64,000 nucleotides of DNA from Macrostomum hystrix (GCA_950097015.1 CATNEN010000039.1:2232001-2296000), one strand, 5' to 3'; positions 26,201 to 38,759 are shown, numbered from the stretch's first letter. Notes: generated by a model not told the origin, from the letters alone. Made by a program: numbers and translations.

Positions 26201-29200
26201 ACAGGAATTAGATCCTAATTATTAGAAACCACAGGGATTAGATCCTAATTATTAGAAACCACAGGGATTAGATCCTAATTATTAGAAACCACAGGAATTA
26301 GATCCTCATTATTAGAAACCATAGGAATTAGATCCTAATTATTAGAAACCACAGGGATTAGATCCTAATTATTTGAGCCATAGGGATTAGATCCTAATTA
26401 TTAGAAACCACAGGAATTAGATCCTCATTATTAGAAACCACAGGAATTAGATCCTAATTATTAGAAACCACAGGGATTAGATCCTAATTATTAGAAACCA
26501 CAGGAATTAGATCCTAATTATTAGAGACCACAGGGATTAGATCCTAATTATTAGAAACCACAGGGATTAGATCCTAATTATTTGAGCCATAGGGATTAGA
26601 TCCTAATTATTAGAAACCACAGGAATTAGATCCTAATTATTAGAAACCACAGGGATTAGATCCTAATTATTAGAAACCACAGGGATTAGATCCTAATTAT
26701 TAGAAACCACAGGAATTAGATCCTAATTATTAGAGACCACAGGGATTAGATCCTAATTATTAGAAACCACAGGAATTAGATCCTCATTATTAGAAACCAC
26801 AGGGATTAGATCCTAATTATTAGAAACCACAGGGATTAGATCCTAATTATTAGAAACCACAGGGATTAGATCCTAATTATTTGAGCCATAGGGATTAATC
26901 CTAATTATTAGAAACCATAGGGATTAGATCCTAATTATTAGAAACCACAGGAATTAGATCCTAATTATTAGAAACCACAGGGATTAGATCCTAATTATTG
27001 GAAACCACAGGAATTAGATCCTAATTATTAGAAACCATAAGAATTAGATCCTAATTATTTGAAACCACAGGGATTAGATCCTAATTATTTGAAACCATAG
27101 GGATTAGATCCTAATTATTTGAAACCATAGGGATTAGATCCTAATTGTTAGAAACCACAGGGATTAGATCCTAATTATTTGAAACCACAGGGATTAGATC
27201 CTAATTATTAGAAACCACAGGGATTAGATCCTAATTATTAGAAACCACAGGGATTAGATCCTAATTATTTGAAGCCATAGGGATTAGATCCTAATTATTA
27301 GAAACCACAGGGATTAGATCCTAATTATTAGAAACCACAGGAATTAGATCCTAATTATTAGAAACCATAAGAATTAGATCCTAATTATTTGAAACCACAG
27401 GGATTAGATCCTAATTATTTGAAACCATAGGGATTAGATCCTAATTATTTGAAACCATAGGGATTAGATCCTAATTGTTAGAAACCACAGGGATTAGATC
27501 CTAATTATTTGAAACCACAGGGATTAGATCCTAATTATTTGAAACCATAGGGATTAGATCCTAATTGTTAGAAACCATAGGGATTAGATCCTAATTATTT
27601 GAAACCACAGGAATTAGATCCTAATTATTAGAAACCACAGGAATTAGATCCTAATTATTAGAAACCACAGGGATTAGATCCTAATTATTTGAAACCACAG
27701 GGATTAGATCCTAATTATTTGAAACCATAGGGATTAGATCCTAATTGTTAGAAACCATAGGGATTAGATCCTAATTGTTAGAAACCATAGGGATTAGATC
27801 CTAATTATTTGAAACCACAGGGATTAGATCCTAATTATTAGAAACCACAGGAATTAGATCCTAATTATTAGAAACCACAGGGATTAGATCCTAATTATTT
27901 GAAACCATAGGGATTAGATCCTAATTATTAGAGACCATAGGGATTAGATCCTAATTATTAGAAACCACAGGAATTAGATCCTAATTGTTAGAAACCATAG
28001 GGATTAGATCCTAATTATTAGAAACCACAGGAATTGGATCCTAATTATTAGAAACCACAGGAATTAGATCCTAATTATTAGAAACCACAGGAATTAGATC
28101 CTAATTATTTGAAACCATAGGGATTAGATTTCAGTCAATAGAAACCTTGGGGATTAGATCCTAATTATTTGAAGCCATAGGGATTAGATTTCAGTCAATA
28201 GGAACCTTGGGGATTAGATCCTAATTGTTAGAAACCATAGGGATTAGATCCTAATTGTTAGAAACCATAGGGATTAGATCCTAATTATTAGAAACCACAG
28301 GGATTAGATCCTAATTATTAGAAACCACAGGAATTAGATCCTAATTATTAGAAACCACAGGGATTAGATCCTAATTATTTGAAACCACAGGGATTAGATC
28401 CTAATTATTTGAAACCATAGTGATTAGATCCTAATTATTAGAGACCATAGGGATTAGATCCTAATTATTAGAAACCACAGGAATTAGATCCTAATTGTTA
28501 GAAACCATAGGGATTAGATCCTAATTATTTGAAACCACAGGAATTGGATCCTAATTATTAGAAACCACAGGAATTAGATCCTAATTATTAGAAACCACAG
28601 GGATTAGATCCTAATTATTAGAAACCACAGGGATTAGATCCTAATTGTTTGAAACCACAGGGATTAGATCCTAATTATTTGAAGCCATAGGGATTAGATC
28701 CTAATTATTAGAAACCACAGGGATTAGATCCTAATTATTGGAAACCACAGGAATTAGATCCTAATTATTAGAAACCATAAGAATTAGATCCTAATTATTT
28801 GAAACCACAGGGATTAGATCCTAATTATTTGAAACCATAGGGATTAGATCCTAATTATTTGAAACCATAGGGATTAGATCCTAATTGTTAGAAACCACAG
28901 GGATTAGATCCTAATTATTTGAAACCACAGGGATTAGATCCTAATTATTAGAAACCACAGGGATTAGATCCTAATTATTAGAAACCACAGGGATTAGATC
29001 CTAATTATTTGAAGCCATAGGGATTAGATCCTAATTATTAGAAACCACAGGGATTAGATCCTAATTATTAGAAACCACAGGAATTAGATCCTAATTATTA
29101 GAAACCATAAGAATTAGATCCTAATTATTTGAAACCACAGGGATTAGATCCTAATTATTTGAAACCATAGGGATTAGATCCTAATTATTTGAAACCATAG

Positions 29201-31083
29201 GGATTAGATCCTAATTGTTAGAAACCACAGGGATTAGATCCTAATTATTTGAAACCACAGGGATTAGATCCTAATTATTTGAAACCATAGGGATTAGATC
29301 CTAATTGTTAGAAACCATAGGGATTAGATCCTAATTATTTGAAACCACAGGAATTAGATCCTAATTATTAGAAACCACAGGAATTAGATCCTAATTATTA
29401 GAAACCACAGGGATTAGATCCTAATTATTTGAAACCACAGGGATTAGATCCTAATTATTTGAAACCATAGGGATTAGATCCTAATTGTTAGAAACCATAG
29501 GGATTAGATCCTAATTGTTAGAAACCATAGGGATTAGATCCTAATTATTTGAAACCACAGGGATTAGATCCTAATTATTAGAAACCACAGGAATTAGATC
29601 CTAATTATTAGAAACCACAGGGATTAGATCCTAATTATTAGAAACCACAGGAATTAGATCCTAATTATTAGAGACCATAGGGATTAGATCCTAATTATTA
29701 GAAACCACAGGAATTAGATCCTAATTGTTAGAAACCATAGGGATTAGATCCTAATTATTAGAAACCACAGGAATTGGATCCTAATTATTAGAAACCACAG
29801 GAATTAGATCCTAATTATTAGAAACCACAGGAATTAGATCCTAATTATTTGAAACCATAGGGATTAGATTTCAGTCAATAGAAACCTTGGGGATTAGATC
29901 CTAATTATTTGAAGCCATAGGGATTAGATTTCAGTCAATAGGAACCTTGGGGATTAGATCCTAATTGTTAGAAACCATAGGGATTAGATCCTAATTGTTA
30001 GAAACCATAGGGATTAGATCCTAATTATTAGAAACCACAGGGATTAGATCCTAATTATTAGAAACCACAGGAATTAGATCCTAATTATTAGAAACCACAG
30101 GGATTAGATCCTAATTATTTGAAACCACAGGGATTAGATCCTAATTATTTGAAACCATAGGGATTAGATCCTAATTATTAGAGACCATAGGGATTAGATC
30201 CTAATTATTAGAAACCACAGGAATTAGATCCTAATTGTTAGAAACCATAGGGATTAGATCCTAATTATTTGAAACCACAGGAATTGGATCCTAATTATTA
30301 GAAACCACAGGAATTAGATCCTAATTATTAGAAACCACAGGAATTAGATCCTAATTATTTGAAGCCATAGGGATTAGATTTCAGTCAATAGGAACCTTGG
30401 GGATTAGATCCTAATTATTTGAAGCCATAGGGATTAGATTTCAGTCAATAGGAACCTTGGGGATTAGATCCTAATTATTTGAAGCCATAGGGATTAGATT
30501 TCAGTCAATAGGAACCTTGGGGATTAGATCCTAATTATTTGAAGCCATAGGGATTAGATTTCAGTCAATAGGAACCTTGGGGATTAGATCCTAATTATTT
30601 GAAGCCATAGGGATTAGATTTCAGTTAATAGAAACCTTGGGGATTAGATCCAAATTAGCACACTGTTCGAGCGTACTGTACGCAGGCACACGCTCACACT
30701 GGTGTGTACACCTGTCCTGACTTTCTTGTCATCAGGCAGTGTACACCTTACTGTGCCTTGGAGTTTAGCCCTCAAGGGCGTAAATTGCACGACCAGCCCC
30801 CAAGCGTTCTCTCCAATTTAATTTGACCTCGCCGCGAAATCGAGGTCAGGTAGATTGAGCACATTATTTTGACATGATTCAAAACAATCTCTTCCAGGAC
30901 AAGAAGGAGCAGCTGGACCTTCTGTCGCAGTTCCTGTCCAGCCCGGAGGCCGACTCGCCGCGGTCTGTCAGCGAATTCTTCGATCTGCACGCCACCTACC
31001 TGGGCATCAACAGGTTCATTGAGCTGGCCCCGGCCGATACCTCTGGCGCGTCCCTGTCGTCGGATTCGTCCACTGTCATCTGA
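10073..31083 (+). CDS. CNKSR: Connector enhancer of KSR (CNK/CNKSR family; SAM-CRIC-PDZ-PH scaffold), 10 exons, ~858 aa
   Basis: Exons 10073-10139, 13449-13612, 13692-13778, 14512-14802, 14887-15006, 17445-17892, 19983-20392, 21811-22002, 22915-23526, 30898-31083. All are GT-AG, phases agree, and the total of 2577 nt is divisible by 3. Domain evidence: SAM (WPKMVVINWIKGLDPTLADY...EISGERLL...ILLEAVD), CRIC (LVESAKEAVCWLCRVPF), PDZ (IQKGDEVLAVADQPV), PH (CRGWLLMKK...WIRHFCVLK...FIFAADSESNRKQWVNSL), Pro-rich tail. Confidence 0.88.
10433..12231 (-). mobile_element. Mariner-type element with ~200-bp TIRs, TA TSD, decayed transposase; in CNK intron 1
   Basis: TA|TGAGGGGTGTCTAAAAAGTC...GACTTTTCGGACACCCCTCG|TA, with the inverted match extending about 10433-10630 vs 12030-12231. 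Motifs LSARRVPRILT, VVTGDETWV, LLHHDNA and HLPYSLDLAPADFAIFP are split by stops and frameshifts. Confidence 0.92.
12760..13305. repeat. 24-bp minisatellite in CNK intron 1
   Basis: GGACAGGTAGGTGAGGCTGGGAAT, about 22 copies. Confidence 0.95.
14011..14385 (+). mobile_element. tRNA-derived SINE, family A (full-length)
   Basis: A box GTGGCAGAGTGG, B box GCTCGATTCC, and a (TTA)n-like tail. Homologous copies occur elsewhere in the window. The head is tandemly duplicated (38-bp unit, ~4x, 13888-14038). Confidence 0.8.
15140..15960. repeat. 16-bp minisatellite in CNK intron 5, ending in inverted units
   Basis: TAACCCGAAACTCCAC units; GGGTTTCGGGTTCGTA inverted copies at 15911-15943. Confidence 0.95.
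16239..16486. repeat. ~83-bp tandem repeat x3
   Basis: CCTGTAGCGAATGAATTTGACA...CACCTAATTAGGTCGGCG. Confidence 0.95.
16661..16821. mobile_element. Possible small MITE with CACGGGGG termini
   Basis: CACGGGGGCTATTTCAAAT vs ATTTTAAATACCCCCGTG. No TSD is evident. Confidence 0.35.
17990..18105 (-). mobile_element. SINE family A fragment
   Basis: CAGGTGTACAC...GTGCCTTGGAGGTTG...CCCCAAGCCTTCTTTCCGCG match. Confidence 0.6.
18481..18497 (+). promoter_or_regulatory. Candidate E2F/CDE + CHR element in CNK intron 6
   Basis: TTGGCGC-GGGC-TTTGAA: an E2F-like site, a 4-nt spacer and a CHR, in a CpG-richer patch. Confidence 0.35.
19000..19928. repeat. 21-23-bp minisatellite in CNK intron 6
   Basis: TTTATCCATCAGTCTGGTAGTA units. 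Confidence 0.95.
20440..21720. repeat. 22-bp minisatellite in CNK intron 7
   Basis: TAGATTCCACCGTCATCTCATA units. Confidence 0.95.
22008..22885. repeat. Compound minisatellite in CNK intron 8 (29-bp then 14-bp units)
   Basis: TAAGACCCTTCACATGAAACACCTGCACA x8, then ACTCAAGACCCTTC units. Confidence 0.95.
23570..30652. repeat. ~7.1-kb 30-bp satellite filling CNK intron 9 (~235 units)
   Basis: GGATTAGATCCTAATTATTAGAAACCACAG units with variants. Confidence 0.98.
30670..30842 (-). mobile_element. SINE family A fragment
   Basis: Matches the central part of the family (GTGTACACCTGTCCTGACTTTCT...CTCGCCGCG). Confidence 0.7.
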
Positions 31084-31739
31084 AAACCGCTTTCATCTTG
31101 GTCGGCCTAAACCGGCCAGTACCGGTTAGCTCTTCGAGTGAGGTTGATAAATTAATTAAGAACCCGATTTACAGACTGCCAGTTTCGCGATACATATCGG
31201 CTGGTTTCTGACCTAGTTTAGCGGTGAATTGTCCGATGCAATAAATTCTAACAGTTCAATAAATCCTGTAATTGTCTCCCTCATTTATATTTGGCTTACG
31301 ATTATATAATTATTTACTTGTTTATGAACTCAGTCACATCTTAAAAGTACTGAAAACAGACTTTAATACTTTTGGAGTCTCAAGTATTTTTAGCTCTCTA
31401 AAATTATATAAAAATACTTTTTATCTGTTCAGTGCTTAAAAAATTGAATTCTTCTTCATTCTCTACTTTCAGTAGTGCAGTAGGGTATAAAATGTATGTA
31501 AATCTGCTATGCTAAGAAAAAACACCAACTTTTTGTATCCTTTGTTCTACAAACACAAAAAGCACAATTTCTAAACAATTAATTGGCTTTATCAACCAGC
31601 CTCTTGTAGTTCAATAATTAAAAGTTACTTGTTTCATCTTTCTTGCAAAGTTCTCTGGTCTCTCTTTGTCATTATCTTTCGTCGAAACCCTCAAATCGTA
31701 TAATTAACTTTCCCTTCTAATATACATCGAAGCCCCCAT

Positions 31740-31820
31740 TTCCGATTGGCTGGCTGGCTGCCTACCCATTTTCTGATTGGCTGGCTGGCTGGCTGCTTGC
31801 GCAGTTTCTGATTGGCCCTT
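31740..31820. promoter_or_regulatory. Three reverse CCAAT boxes (ATTGG) upstream of MFSD12
   Basis: GATTGGC at about 31744, 31775 and 31810, spaced 31 and 35 bp, between the CNK AATAAA signals (~31240, ~31257) and the MFSD12 ATG. Confidence 0.4.
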
Positions 31821-32167
31821 TGCCAATGTGTTTATTTTTGTACCCTCCTGGAGTAATTTGTTTTTTTTAATTGGAATATTGTGGCCCAATTGTGATGTGA
31901 TTAATACGCGGATCATTGTTCTAGTTTACAAAGACTTCGTGTTGTAATAAAATCTATTTTTCCGCCTACTGCATTATCCGGAGAATTTTTATTGCAAATC
32001 TGTTCATGTTGTCAGACTTAGATATTTGTTTGCGAAGCAAATCGTTTTTTTAAACAAAAACGCTGTATTACTCTCTGATTAGTCTCTCGTGCTCGCGTTT
32101 CTCATTTGATCTTGAAGATATCTTCTTAGAAACAGCAGGAGACTTGGACGATTTTCACTGAGCCTTT

Positions 32168-32392
32168 GATTGTAGCCTAGCGGTTATAGAGCGTTGGGCT
32201 CACGACTAGAAGGTTGCAGGTTCGATTCCCGACTATACTCTGCTTGGCTTCACCCAGATGTTAATTGGGTCCTAGAATTAGTTGGGGTAATTGAGGATGG
32301 GGTGTGGCGCCCCCCCCAGTCCATGGACTGAACAGCAGTACGCAGCCTTGAGACGCGCCGGCAATAGCTGCGGCTGTGCTGTCGGCTGCCCA
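32168..32392 (+). mobile_element. tRNA-derived SINE, family B (second copy)
   Basis: TGTAGCCTAGCGGTTA...GGTTCGATTCCCGACT head. Shares the CCCCCCAGTCCATGGACT...ATAGCTGCGGCTGTGC tail with 8835-9085. Confidence 0.7.
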
Positions 32393-32539
32393 ATTGGGGA
32401 CGATAAAAAAAGTATTTTTTTAGATTATTAGATTATATAATTGTTCTCAAATTATTCCCTGACCCTGAAGTTGCTAGATTGGGATATATTTTCTAGCTTT
32501 TACTTGCAGATGTGAGAGCGGACCAACCAGCGATTTGCC

Positions 32540-35500
32540 ATGGCCCTCACCCGACTACAGCGCATGGTATTCGGCTTCGGCCACGTTTTCAACGACCTCT
32601 GCGCGTCACTCTGGTTCACCTACCTCATCACGTACACCATGAATGTGCTGAAATTCTCCATGGGTAACGCTGGCAATCTCATGATCATTGGCCAGGTGGC
32701 TGACGGCCTCAGCACCACTTTCGTTGGCCTTGAGTCCGACCGGACCTCTCCGGGCGGATTTCGCGGCTACGGCCGGCGGAAAACTTGGCACGCCGTTGGC
32801 AGCGTCTGCGTGCTGATCAGCTTCCCGTTCATCTTCAACCCCATCCCGACTGCGCCGCATGCCGAAGAGTGGGCCAGGCTAATCTACTATGCGCCATTCA
32901 TTGTGCTGTTCCAGGTGCGATTGCCTGTCTTGCTGAAGAAAGTGCGCTAATTAAGTCATGAGCTTCAAAGTCTCTTAGAGAAAATTTGGCCATGAGCTCC
33001 AAGTTTCCAGTGGTTAGAGCTTCGAACTGAGAGGGTCTGGAGTTCGAATCTGAGGGAGACAGCATCTGACCCAGTTGAGTCAGGTGCTTTTTTAATCTGT
33101 GTTAGAGCACAGAATCGAAATTTGTACATTTACCAATTTGGTAATTCGTTAATTTTTTCGCAGTAGGGCACTTCCTTCGGTGACACTAGACCCTCAGCCA
33201 GCGAGGAGACAATTTTGTCCATCGCTGACTCCTGAGCACACAGGCACGCAGGTGTGTACATCTGTCCTGACTTTCTCATAGTCAGGCACTGTACCCTTTC
33301 ACTTGTGCCTTGGAGGTTGCACGACAAGCCCCCAAGCCTTCACTCCGCGGCTGCGCCCCAAATAAATGTGGCCTCGCCGCGGAATCGAACTCAGAGACCT
33401 TGTTGCGAGAGACAAACGCGTTAATCACCGTGCCACTCACCCCCTGTTAACTTACATTCCCACTCTTTCAGTTCGGCTGGGCGGCCGTGCAAAACTCGCA
33501 CCTGTCACTGATTCCGCAACTAGCCGAGACTGAAAGTGAGCGCACAAGCTTGAATTCCATTCGCTTCGCGTTCACAGTCGGCAGCAACATTGTGGTGTAC
33601 CTCAGCGCCTTCCTGCTGCTGCAATTCAACGAGCTCAATAAAAGCGGCCCGTCGGACGACTCGGGGCAGCTGAGCCCGGCTGATGCTGAGAATTTCCGCT
33701 ACCTGGTGTTCCTAGTCTGCGGCCTGGGCTGCCTTTTCAGCCTGCTCTTCCACCTGGTGCTGAAGGAGACACCGTCAGCAGCTTCAGCCACTGTAGCTGA
33801 CACGCGCGGCATCAACCACAGTGACGACGTCGACGACGGCAGCAGGAGCAGGAGCAGCAGGGATGAACAGCAGTCGCTAGTGGGCGCGCCTCCGGTGTCG
33901 ATTTTCTGCACGAAGATGCGCGCTCTGGACTGGCTGACTGAGCCGCAATTCTACGCCATCGGCGCTCTGTACATGCTCACCCGGCTAATCATCAACGTAG
34001 CCCAGGTCTACCTGCCCCTTCTAGTCACCGAATCCTTCTTCCTCCACAAAGCTTGGATTGCTGTTGTGCCCCTGGTTGTGTACTTTGTCAGCATGCTCAC
34101 CAGCGTCCTTATTGAGGCCTGCCACGCCTTGGGGAAAAACAGGCGAGTGCGGAATTCCTTGTGCTTCCCCAGTTTAGCTAACTATGGGAAATGGTGCCTG
34201 GCAATACTGTGTGACGGAATTCCTTGTGCTTCCCCAGTTTAGCTAACTATGGGAAATGGTGCCTGGCAATACTGTGTGACGGAATTCCTTGTGCTTCCTC
34301 AGTTTAGCTAACTATGGGAAATGGTGCCTGGCAATACTGTGTGACGGAATTCCTTGTGCTTCCCCAGTTTAGCTAACTATGGGAAATGGTGCCTGGCAAT
34401 ACTGTGTGATGCTATACTGATAATAAAATAATAATAGCAGGAGGGTTGTGGGCCCTGGCCCATCATTTGGTGGCACAAGACCTGCCAACAACGAGTAGGC
34501 AATTCTGCCCATTTCGCTGACTCCTGAGCACACACGCACACAGATTCTGCACGCAGGCACACGCTCACACAGGTGTGTACATCTGCCCTGACTTTCTCAT
34601 CGTCAGGCAGTGAATACTTGAATGTGCCTAGGAGTTGGCCCTCACTGGCGTGAGTTGCACGGCAAGCCCTCAGGCCTCAAATAAATGTGGCCTCGCCGCG
34701 GAATCGAGCTTATGGACTTTGGTACGAAAGGCAAACGCTCTTGCCAGTGCTCAACCCATTGTTGACTGCCGCATTGCTTTAATTCACTGAACTGTAAAAT
34801 AGACCAGAATAAGCCAGGGTGGAAGTATGTTTACTTTTATCGGTCCCACTGTCCATGGACTGTACAGCTAGCAGTCAAGGACCGCTAGAAGAAGGACGGG
34901 ACACTTCGTTTCTTGGAAAATTTATTAAAGGCAGATTTTTACGGAAAAATACACCAGCGAGATAGGAACTTTTCACGTTTTTCACATTAAACTGTTGATA
35001 ACTTTTTATTGAAAGCAGATCCAGTGCTGCTCTTTTGATATGTCTTGCAAAACATGTTGCTTCAACGAATTTCAGAAAGCTTAATGTGAAAAACGGGAAA
35101 GTTCCTATCTCGGTAGTGCATTTTCGTGTGAAAATCAGCCTTTAATACACTTTTCCAAGAAACGAAGTGTCACGTCCTTCTTCTTCTAGTGGTCCTTGCT
35201 AGCAGTGCGCAGCCTTTGCATGCTGCAGCTGTGCCACTTGCTGTAAATCTAGTTCGACTGTGTTAGTTTTTCATTAGTGTCTAGTCATCTGTGATTTAAC
35301 ATCCAGCTTTCGCGCTTAAAAGCCTACAGTTTTGTCACACTTGTTATTATCTGTCCATAATTGCAGAAAGCTGGCGAATCTGCTGGGCCTCGCTATGATT
35401 GGTGGCTTCTCCGCGAGTGCCTACCTGGTTCAGCCCAGTGCGGAGCTGCCCTGGCAGCTGATCCTGCCGGCTGTGTCCCTGGGCATTGGCAGCTCTGTCA

Positions 35501-35838
35501 TCATGATTATGTCTATGTCCCTGACGTCCGATCTGATTGGTCCGGATCATGATAGCTCAGCATTTGTATACGGCTGCATGAGCCTGGTTGACAAGCTGGC
35601 CAACGGCATCACCGTGTGGATCATTCAGAACGCCCAGCCGCGAATTCTGCCTGGTGGCGAAGTATGTATGCACTTCTTTCGCAAAATCGAGGGCTTCGGT
35701 ATTGGCGGCTTCGCGGTTGCCGCCTTCCTGTTGACGCTCTGCCTGCTGCCAGTGAAGATTGGTCAGCGTCGGAAAGCTGCTCGACGCTCCGCTGAAGCCA
35801 ACAGATACGGCTCCGTTGGTCAGACAAGCGAGGCCTAG
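32540..35838 (+). CDS. MFSD12: MFS domain-containing protein 12-like transporter (exons 32540-32914, 33472-34142, 35367-35838; ~505 aa)
   Basis: Motifs FGFGHVFNDLCASLWFTYL, GQVADGLST, YGRRKTWH, FQFGWAAVQNSHLSLIP, FAFTVGSN, YMLTRLIINVAQVYLP and SAFVYGCMSLVDKLANGI, with multiple TM segments. The intron 2 boundary is ambiguous by a few nt (see findings). Confidence 0.9.
33165..33445 (-). mobile_element. SINE family A copy (MFSD12 intron 1)
   Basis: Reverse-complement match to 14011-14340. Confidence 0.8.
34149..34409. repeat. 65-bp tandem repeat x4 at the MFSD12 intron 2 donor
   Basis: CGGAATTCCTTGTGCTTCCCCAGTTTAGCTAACTATGGG...GTGTGA. Confidence 0.95.
34420..34758 (-). mobile_element. SINE family A copy (MFSD12 intron 2)
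   Basis: Reverse-complement match to 14011-14385 including the AT-rich tail. Confidence 0.8.
34876..35198. mobile_element. P-element-like MITE (CAAGG termini, 8-bp TSD CTAGCAGT), inserted into a family B SINE tail
   Basis: TIR CAAGGACC(G/A)CTAGAAGAAG...GGACGGGACACTTCGTTTC. TSD at 34868-34875 and 35199-35206. The flanks rejoin as GTCCATGGACTG...CAGCTGTGC of SINE B. Confidence 0.88.
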
Positions 35839-36796
35839 GCAAGCGATCGCTTGCCGTGCGTTGATTATCGACCTGTTGAGTATTAAGTAAACAATGTAGC
35901 AAGTAACTTTTAAGTATTACTTTTCTATTATATTATACCTAACAAATATTATCCTATCGCGGTCTTTAAAGAGATTCATAATCATTCGCAAGGAGTCCGC
36001 ATGGCAAAGTAATCAAAGTGAAATTTTGCCAATAATGAGTTGACGATACATTGTGGTTTATTATAAGCAATTGTAAACAATGTATGTCTCTCCGTTTACA
36101 TTCCCATGAGGGTAGTACAAATTGGTTTTTCGCATCAAAGTATGTAATTTTTGTGAACCCCACTGAAACTTACTACAATGTGTAACCCACCGCTGCCACC
36201 AGTTTGCTGTTTGGGCTGTAATGTGCGTATTATTGTATCATTTGCCTGATATTTATTATCTGGTATTCTGTCATCTGATTGGCTATTTTGTGAATTGGTT
36301 TTATTCTTTTGTATCATAATTTTATGCAGCACCAACAGCTGTTGGTTGTTAATTAAAAAAGCGTCGAATCGTGATTAAGAAAAAAGCAATGTCTCTCTGA
36401 TAAATGATCAATTATTGTATTAATCGATCTCCGACTTGTCCTGCCAATTTCAGTAACCAGCGGGCATAGCCAATGCAAATTTATTGATCCAGCCGGTTGA
36501 GTTTTATTTTTTTGGTTACGTCTACATGCCTCATCAACTCTACTTTTAGTAGACAATCCAAAATTCATTTGTGAGCTGCTAATTTTTCGGACAAGAGCTA
36601 CGTTTCGCTTTATGTCTACTATAGACTTAAACTAACAGGATCATGATTGTATGCATAAACCTTTTTTATATTGATCATCGGCCTCTATGGGCGTAATTTA
36701 TTGTTTTTTAAGCAATTTCCAAGAATGAAATCTCAGTTTTGCACAGTTCCAAATTTTATTCGGAAAAACATTTTGTCTGTAATCACGCCAAAATTT

Positions 36797-38058
36797 AGGT
36801 GCATTGAGTGTACATTGTTGTGTTGGTGGGTGCATTGAGTGTACATTGTTGTGTTGGTAGGTGCATTGAGTGTACATTGTTGTGTTGGTGGGTGCATTGA
36901 GTGTACATTGTTGTGTTGGTAGGTGCATTGAGTGTACATTGTTGTGTTGGTGGGTGCATTGAGTGTACATTGTTGTGTTGGTAGGTGCATTGAGTGTACA
37001 TTGTTGTGTTGGTGGGTGCATTGAGTGTACATTGTTGTGTTGGTAGGTGCATTGAGTGTACATTGTTGTGTTGGTGGGTGCGCTGAGTGTACATTGTTGT
37101 GTTGGTGGGTGCATTGAGTGTACATTGGTGTGTTGGTGGGTGCATTGAGTGTACATTGTTGTGTTGGTGGGTGCGCTGAGTGTACATTGTTGTGTTGGTA
37201 GGTGCATTGAGTGTACATTGTTGTGTTGGTGGGTGCATTGAGTGTACATTGTTGTGTTGGTAGGTGCATTGAGTGTACATTGTTGTGTTGGTGGGTGCAT
37301 TGAGTGTACATTGTTGTGTTGGTAGGTGCATTGAGTGTACATTGTTGTGTTGGTGGGTGCATTGAGTGTACATTGTTGTGTTGGTAGGTGCATTGAGTGT
37401 ACATTGTTGTGTTGGTGGGTGCGCTGAGTGTACATTGTTGTGTTGGTAGGTGCATTGAGTGTACATTGTTGTGTTGGTAGGTGCATTGAGTGTACATTGT
37501 TGTGTTGGTGGGTGCATTGAGTGTACATTGTTGTGTTGGTAGGTGCATTGAGTGTACATTGTTGTGTTGGTAGGTGCATTGAGTATACATTGGTGTGTTG
37601 GTGGATGCATTGAGTGTACATTGTTGTGTTGGTAGGTGCATTGAGTTTACATTGTTGTGTTGGTGGGTGCATTGAGTGTACATTGGTGTGTTGGTGGGTG
37701 CATTGAGTGTACATTGGTGTGTTGGTGGGTGCATTGAGTGTACATTGTTGTGTTGGTAGGTACATTGAGTGTACATTGGTGTGTTGGTGGGTGCATTGAG
37801 TGTACATTGTTGTGTTGGTGGGTGCATTGAGTGTACATTGTTGTGTTGGTGGGTGCATTGAGTGTACATTGTTGTGTTGGTGGGTGTATTAAGTGTACAT
37901 TGGTGTGTTGGTGGGTGCATTGAGTGTACATTGTTGTGTTGGTGGGTGTATTGAGTGTACATTGGTGTGTTGGTGGGTGCGCTGAGTGTACATTGGTGTG
38001 TTGGTGGGTGCCTTGAGTGTACGTTGTTGTGTTGGTGGGTGTATTGAGTGTACATTGG
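36797..38058. repeat. 31-bp minisatellite
   Basis: GTGCATTGAGTGTACATTGTTGTGTTGGTGG, about 40 copies. Confidence 0.97.
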
Positions 38059-38536
38059 ATTATCGAGTGTGGAATTGCAGTTTTTTGTTAATGAAATTCA
38101 TAATGTTTGTATAATAGTTATTTTTGGTAGCCGAAGCATCCGCTAAATTATTTTTTGCAGTTACATTTATTTTCAATTTTGAAAGCAAATTGACACCTAC
38201 AAAAACTGTAAACTCACCAGAAAAGTTTAACTATTTCGATCACACGTTTACTTGATTTCATTGTAAACATTTTCTGTGGCGTCAACTGCTTGTCATCTGT
38301 TGCTGTCTTTCCCACCTCAGCCGCCAGTTATTAGCTCCTTTATATCGAGCGCACATTTTTGGCCAAAAACAATCCGTTTTTTGTAAACCTTCCACTCTAA
38401 AAATAAATTGATTAGCACGAGAATCTGAGATATGAAACATTATGCGCTTTCTCCACAGATTCGATTAACTCGTTATACTTTACTTACTTCTAGAAATTCG
38501 GCTTTGGTTTTGGGGTCAGCCAGTGTGATTGCAGTC

Positions 38537-38581
38537 CTGTCTGTCTGTGTGTGTGCTGGGTGTCTGTCTGTCTGTGCTGGG

Positions 38582-38640
<59 letters not shown>

Positions 38641-38700
38641 GCTGGGTGTCTGTCTGTCTGTGCTGGGTGTCTGTCTGTCTGTCTGTCTGTCTGTGCTGGG

Positions 38701-38759
<59 letters not shown>

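Noticed and set aside
23570-30652. CRISPR-like array (30-bp unit with an internal palindrome)
   Set aside because: There are no unique spacers and no cas genes, and it lies in a eukaryotic intron.
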